DNA of 64,000 bases from Balanoglossus misakiensis (Eukaryota > Animalia > Hemichordata), in the NCBI GenBank assembly GCA_040954595.2, contig CM082581.2, forward strand, positions 806,001-870,000, in the 5' to 3' direction. The position numbers and the translations under genes were made by a program. The first letter of the stretch is position 1. Each line of letters opens with the position of its first letter. Below are positions 63,340 to 64,000 of this stretch, piece by piece. The notes below the pieces were generated by a model, which was not told where the DNA came from, ran no database searches, and saw nothing but the letters and a program-made list of their open reading frames with translations.

Positions 63340-64000
63340 GCTAAACAATTTTCTTCCTAGTGTTGTATGCGCCACTTGTGAATTTTTGCGAGTGAGATTC
63401 ACGGGCGTTTGAGCACAATTTATACAAAATATGTTTATCGCCATTAGAAAAACGTTCGCGTAGAATCAATGACGTCATGGTAAATTTTAGCTGCATGCTC
63501 CAATAGGGATGATAGGGAGACTACTTGTTGTAGAGCACCTGAAAATATACGTATTTCGTCACTTCCTTTATGCGAAATTTAATTCTTAACGGCATCTTAG
63601 TTTTAAGATTTGTGATTCCTTTTTTCTTCAGTTGTACATTTGCATCACAGGATACTTCTTTGTAGACTATCGAACCTTGGCATCTCAGACACAGTACTAA
63701 CATGGTTTACATCTTACCTTCAATATAGATATCAAACTGTAATCATCGAAAACACTGCAAGTTCACAGTCACCTCTCGTATATGGGGTGCCACTGCCCCT
63801 CTGTTGTTCACCATTTATATAGCCCCACTTTATAGTAAACCGATTCGTCCCCACATCCTACAATTTCATCAGTACGCGGATGATAACCAGCGATACCTCG
63901 CCTTTTCCCATCAAGATTCAACCTCTGACGTTCCTGTCTTCTAAGGATTGTTGAACTTTAATTCATGCAGTTTGTTGTTACGGCCGGTCGTCCTCCGGAC
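63340..64000 (+). repeat. Duplicate of 34120-34780, including the LINE RT fragment (~63620-63920)
   Basis: Identical ORF pairs 34301/63521 and 34420/63640. Confidence 0.95.

Overview
Repeat-dominated eukaryotic DNA: spliceosomal GT-AG introns, microsatellites, no operons. It looks like a marine invertebrate genome, but that is only an inference. Main contents: (1) a full-length Ty3/Gypsy (Mag-like) LTR retrotransposon at 10741-16014, with two nonsense codons in gag-pol and a TIR MITE in its 3' LTR; (2) the last three exons of a host single-pass membrane protein (EGF domain, TM helix, NPxY tail) at 57827-58936; (3) many non-autonomous Helentron/DINE-like elements, Academ-like and other MITEs, an 86-bp satellite with a higher-order duplication, and LINE RT fragments; (4) heavy inverted-repeat structure: an old inverted duplication (1-9370 vs 39530-44623), concentric fold-backs at 21.3-33 kb, and an almost perfect 7.5-kb palindrome at 49837-57314. 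The most unusual signal is a five-exon gene for a ~277-aa tandem OB-fold (RPA/HIN-like) protein. No copy is complete: its exons are spread over several partial copies on both strands, next to decayed Zn-ribbon and PHD-like fragments, which suggests the scrambled relic of a multi-gene mobile element. Alignments were done by eye, so boundaries of diverged repeats are approximate. Most ORFs in the supplied track are spurious.
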